Positions 15,138-18,701 of a stretch of 18,701 nt of DNA are shown piece after piece. Origin of the DNA: a virus (Duplodnaviria; Heunggongvirae; Uroviricota; Caudoviricetes). Location of the stretch: IMG/VR virus record IMGVR_UViG_3300044846_005772; one strand, written 5' to 3'. The notes under the pieces are model-generated. The model worked only from the letters and a program-made list of their open reading frames with translations, was not told the DNA's origin and did not search any database. The translations under genes and the position numbers were made by a program. The stretch's first letter is position 1. Every line of letters begins with the position of its first letter.

Positions 15138-16241
15138 ATGACTTACCTCATTCCATTATACGAACAGTTTAAAGAAGATAATGCATTAGCTGGTTATAAT
15201 TTTCACCAGGTGCCAGATGGCTTAAACAATTATAGAAGCGCACAGCTTCCTCCTGAACTTTTAGATTATGTCATAAAGAAATATGGCATAAAGAACGTAA
15301 TTCGATTGAATGGAGACGGCCATGATGCAAGGCACAGAAGAACAGATGTTGAGGTTCCTAGTGAAACTGAGAAAGCTACTTGCGAGAAAAACGGTTGTGT
15401 ATTCAATAAAGTCAGCTCACACAGAGGATACGTTCCAGGCCAAGGATATACTGAATCAATAAAGCAAGTAAATTCAATAATGAGCAAGGGAAATACTTTG
15501 ATTCATTGTGCGCATGGTGCAGATAGAACAGGTGGAATGGTTGCAGCTTGGTTAAAGAACAGCGGTAAAATGACCGACTTAAATCAACTTTGGGATTATA
15601 CTACTTCTAAAAATAGTTGGCTTTCGCTAATCAAAAATGGAGGTTTTTGGAAAGGTTATCATAAGTATGCAGATGGATTCTTTCCAGTAGATAAATTATG
15701 TTCCATTAAAGGAATATGTGCCCCTGGAACAACTAAACAGACTACTAATCAATCTCAAATACAATCTGCCCCAGGAAATGCTGTACTCGTAGGAGGATTG
15801 GACTATAGAGCTGGTGATTATAAGATAGATAAACAGGTCGAATTATTAAAGTCAGGCTATGGATCTTCAAAAACTGTTCAGGGATTTAGGTACAATACTG
15901 CAACATCCAAAGTTATTAACTTTTTATCGCAAAATCCAAAAGTTCCAATATTCTTATTTAGTGCAGGTTGCGTGAAGGCTAGCGATTTAGCGAAAAGCGA
16001 ATTTGTAGATAAATCAAGAATTTACATAATTGAGCCGTATGGTGTTGACGCGAATACTCGTAAAATTATCCAAGATGCAGTAAGTTTAGGTGTGCCTGCG
16101 TCAAACGTATTCGTTGGCTCATCTCAAGCAAGAGGAGCAAATATCGTTAGTGGAGCATCATCTTCTGGTTCAAATATTCATTGGGGAGCAGTCACTTCAG
16201 TTGGTCGATTAGTCGCTGATCGTGAGACAAAGGGTCAGTGA
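15138..16241 (+). CDS. Cys-dependent (CX5R) PTP/DSP-type phosphatase fused to an alpha/beta-hydrolase-like domain, with capsid-targeting-like leader
   Basis: YRSAQL, GIKNVIRL, IHCAHGADRTG P-loop; T/Q-rich linker; second domain VLVGGLD...LFSAG...YIIEP...H. Start reassigned from 15066 to 15138 (MTYLIPLYEQFKE). Confidence 0.8.
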   Translation: MTYLIPLYEQFKEDNALAGYNFHQVPDGLNNYRSAQLPPELLDYVIKKYGIKNVIRLNGDGHDARHRRTDVEVPSETEKATCEKNGCVFNKVSSHRGYVPGQGYTESIKQVNSIMSKGNTLIHCAHGADRTGGMVAAWLKNSGKMTDLNQLWDYTTSKNSWLSLIKNGGFWKGYHKYADGFFPVDKLCSIKGICAPGTTKQTTNQSQIQSAPGNAVLVGGLDYRAGDYKIDKQVELLKSGYGSSKTVQGFRYNTATSKVINFLSQNPKVPIFLFSAGCVKASDLAKSEFVDKSRIYIIEPYGVDANTRKIIQDAVSLGVPASNVFVGSSQARGANIVSGASSSGSNIHWGAVTSVGRLVADRETKGQ

Positions 16242-16597
16242 GACGCTTCAATTAAAAGTTCTCCAAGTACCTCTATGATTCCCATTATCTTTTGAAATTC
16301 TATAGGATTGTGATCAATTATCTCAGACGGCCTATCTCCTAATAATTTAATATTTTTTTCAAGTTCAGCTTTAGCTGCTGTGCTATCAAATTTTCCAGCA
16401 GCGGCTTTCATATAGTGCTTTAATTTTACTTGAAAGTGGTGATACGTTAACATAGCAGGTCCGCCCTTAGCTCGAGCAGTATCGGCTATCTTCTTAGCGC
16501 CATTATATCTTTTCTGAGCAAATTCTTCAAATGACTCTGATTTTGACTTTTTAGATTCTAATATAAATTCAGTATATTTTTTAACTAGACTGCTCAT
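16235..16597 (-). CDS. Hypothetical basic protein with capsid-targeting-like leader (MSSLVKKYTEFILE)
   Basis: 120-aa ORF; tandem CATAAATA/AATAAATA boxes on the minus strand at 16615-16626. Confidence 0.8.
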   Translation of the reverse strand: MSSLVKKYTEFILESKKSKSESFEEFAQKRYNGAKKIADTARAKGGPAMLTYHHFQVKLKHYMKAAAGKFDSTAAKAELEKNIKLLGDRPSEIIDHNPIEFQKIMGIIEVLGELLIEASH

Positions 16598-16778
16598 TTG
16601 ATAGATATTTCTTTTATTTATTTATGACGAAATACTTAACCTACTTTTAACTTTTTAGAAGAACATATAGTCGTCAGATTGAATAAATAACAAAGTAGAT
16701 AGTTTTACTATCATATCTTAATAAGTGTCCTATACCTAGGATTTTGCCAAATACTGGCAACTCAAAAAATCTAAATCC

Positions 16779-17336
16779 ATGAAGTATTTTATTGCTTTAT
16801 TCGGTGTAATGTATTCTGTATTGAGTTTTTCACAATCTACCTTTAATCCAGATACAGTATGCTATCAAACTCCAGGTTCAGTGTATCAGGTGACAAATGA
16901 TCCTGGAAACATTTACACATGGTCAGTATCTTCTCCAGGAATATTAGTCAGTGGACAGGGAACAAATTCAATAGTTGTAGATTGGAGTAATGCTTCTCCT
17001 GGGTTAATTACAAACGGTGTGTCAGTTTTTCCAACAAATCAATTTGGGTGTGTTGGTCCAACCGTTGATATTAATGTGTACATACTGAATGTTGTTCTCG
17101 CAATTTTTCCTCTAGAACTTTGTGAAAATGAACCGTGTGAAACTCTTTCTGCTTCTCCGACTGGAGGAGAATGGTCAGGGATAGGAATAGTTGGAGATGA
17201 ATTTTGCCCATCTATCTCAGGAGTTGGTGTATTTACATCAAATTACACTTATACTTTAGCTGGTTGTACTTTCACAACTACTGGAATAAACACAGTTCAT
17301 CCAACACCAACTATAACTCCAATTACTCATAACTGA
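16779..17336 (+). CDS. Secreted protein with PKD/Ig-like domains
   Basis: Signal peptide ending SFS-Q; YTWSV..G.LVSGQGTNSIVVDW...N..GC PKD-like motif; second unit LSASPTGGEWSG.GI.G..F.P typical of Bacteroidota surface proteins. Confidence 0.8.
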   Translation: MKYFIALFGVMYSVLSFSQSTFNPDTVCYQTPGSVYQVTNDPGNIYTWSVSSPGILVSGQGTNSIVVDWSNASPGLITNGVSVFPTNQFGCVGPTVDINVYILNVVLAIFPLELCENEPCETLSASPTGGEWSGIGIVGDEFCPSISGVGVFTSNYTYTLAGCTFTTTGINTVHPTPTITPITHN

Positions 17337-17342
17337 TGAATA

Positions 17343-17927
17343 ATGAAAGTAATTATTCAATCAATAATATTTGTCTTGGTGTTCACAAGATCATTTGCGC
17401 AGCACACAATTGAGCTATGTCCTTGGAATAATACTACATTTACATATCAATCTACTTCAAATACATTAGGACAATGGTTTTGGATAATTGATGAAGATAC
17501 TCTTTCATATAATAATTATGTGACTATTTCATGGTCTTCTCCTGGAGATTATGAACTTATCGCAAGTTTTGAAGCAGACTGTGGAAATCCTAGAGATGCT
17601 ATAATCATTCACGTGATTGAGTGTACTGAGTCTGCCATCTATTTTCCTAACGCCTTTACTCCTAATTATGACAATCTAAATGATGCTTGGGGCCCAATTG
17701 GGATAGGGATTGTTGAAATTAAATGGATGATATTTAATAGATGGGGAGAACAAATATACACATCTGATTCCATGACAGATAGGTGGAACGGTTCATATAT
17801 TAAGAGAAAAGAGCCCGGAGAAGATTTTTATTATGTTCAGGAAGATGTTTATGTGTATCGTGCATGGTGGAAGGACGTTAATGGAAAAAGTGGAGAAGCC
17901 GTTGGCCATATTGTTGTAATACGATGA
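17343..17927 (+). CDS. Secreted protein with gliding-motility-associated (T9SS type B, CHU_C-like) C-terminal sorting domain
   Basis: Signal peptide ending SFA-Q; C-terminal FPNAFTPNYDNLND.W...IFNRWGE.IY...WNG...DVYVY...G...GHIVVIR. Confidence 0.88.
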   Translation: MKVIIQSIIFVLVFTRSFAQHTIELCPWNNTTFTYQSTSNTLGQWFWIIDEDTLSYNNYVTISWSSPGDYELIASFEADCGNPRDAIIIHVIECTESAIYFPNAFTPNYDNLNDAWGPIGIGIVEIKWMIFNRWGEQIYTSDSMTDRWNGSYIKRKEPGEDFYYVQEDVYVYRAWWKDVNGKSGEAVGHIVVIR

Positions 17928-18701
17928 AAATACGAGTTCTAATATTTTTTTTGACTATTTCAAAAATAGCATCATCACAGTGTCTAAATGCTGACTTTGA
18001 GCTAGGTACTTTTACTGGATGGGCAGGTCGAACTGGGACATGTTGTCCAATTACTTTACCGAATGCCGGAATTGTCCCAGGTAGACACACGATAATGGCG
18101 GGCACAGGTACTGACCCTAATACCTGCAACCAAGTTCCAGTAGTTTCTCCGTTCGGTGGAAATTTTTCAGCACGACTTGGAAATCCTGCCAGAAATTCTA
18201 GAGCAGAAAGTTTAAGCTATACATATACTGTTACTCCTAACTCCACTCTTTTTACGTACCAGTATGCAGTAGTATTTGAGGACCCTGGACACACAGATGA
18301 TGAACAGCCTAGATTTGAAACTCAAGTAATTGCTGGAGGTCAGCCTATACCTTGCACCCAATATATGGTATCAGCCGCGTCAAATCTTCCAGGTTTTCAA
18401 AGTTGTCCTGGAATTGACTGGCAAGGTAACCCGATAAATATAGTATACCGAAATTGGTCTACGGTAGGAGTAGACCTCAGTGCATATATCGGACAATCAG
18501 TTACGTTGGAATTTCAAACTGGCGACTGCGATTTAGGAGCTCACTTCGGCTATGCATATATTGATGCCATAGGTTGTCAGCCTATGGAAATTGAAGTTCT
18601 ATATTGTGTGAACGATACTGTAGCAACATTAACTGCTCCTCCAGGATTCGCTGAATACTTATGGAGCACCGGCGAAACTACACAATCGATTACAATAGAT
18701 C
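17924..18701 (+). CDS. Secreted Bacteroidota-type surface/adhesin-like protein (partial, runs off the window; missing from the ORF track)
   Basis: My translation: MKIRVLIFFLTISKIASSQCLNADFELGTFTGW...FSARLGN...AESLSYTYTV...YAVVFEDPGH...QPRF...GDCDLGAHFGYAYID...YLWSTGETTQSITID, open for 259 codons; ATGA overlap with the previous stop. Confidence 0.85.
   Translation, partial: MKIRVLIFFLTISKIASSQCLNADFELGTFTGWAGRTGTCCPITLPNAGIVPGRHTIMAGTGTDPNTCNQVPVVSPFGGNFSARLGNPARNSRAESLSYTYTVTPNSTLFTYQYAVVFEDPGHTDDEQPRFETQVIAGGQPIPCTQYMVSAASNLPGFQSCPGIDWQGNPINIVYRNWSTVGVDLSAYIGQSVTLEFQTGDCDLGAHFGYAYIDAIGCQPMEIEVLYCVNDTVATLTAPPGFAEYLWSTGETTQSITID

Noticed and set aside
1682-18129. Antisense/alternate-frame ORFs (1682, 2196, 3017, 4343, 5621, 7522, 7864, 9387, 10263, 10746, 10995, 11235, 11270, 13588, 15266, 17878)
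   Set aside because: All overlap better-supported genes and lack recognisable motifs; treated as shadow ORFs.
1-18701. Stop-codon reassignment, as seen in some large phages
   Set aside because: Long genes read through intact in the standard code, and TAA, TGA and TAG all end plausible genes.
10768-18701. Ordinary Bacteroidota chromosomal segment
   Set aside because: The signalling and T9SS genes look bacterial, but they are interleaved with leader-bearing ORFans and late boxes like the rest of the window, and no housekeeping synteny is present. Phage origin is preferred but unproven.

Overview
AT-rich, densely coding window that most likely comes from a large (jumbo/T4-like) phage of a Bacteroidota host. 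No capsid or terminase gene lies in the window, so this is an inference. It rests on T4-late-promoter-like NATAAATA boxes just upstream of many starts, A-rich start regions without Shine-Dalgarno motifs, many short ORFans, and Bacteroidota-specific T9SS C-terminal sorting domains. From left to right: a ~1 kb largely non-coding, GC-rich, repeat/hairpin-laden region (origin candidate); four late genes including a 21-aa LRR-like repeat protein; methylglyoxal synthase (mgsA); a ~920-aa beta-rich putative virion protein; small minus-strand genes including a lipoprotein and an M15/VanY D,D-peptidase; a five-gene two-component signalling operon (PAS kinase, secreted coiled-coil protein, second kinase, stand-alone receiver, coiled-coil 2-TM protein); a CX5R phosphatase fused to an alpha/beta-hydrolase-like domain; and three secreted PKD/T9SS-type proteins. 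The most striking signal is that nine otherwise unrelated proteins begin with a leader resembling the T4 capsid-targeting sequence (MKTYQEFIAE), suggesting a set of head-packaged, injected effectors. All calls are by eye from motifs; no database searches were run.
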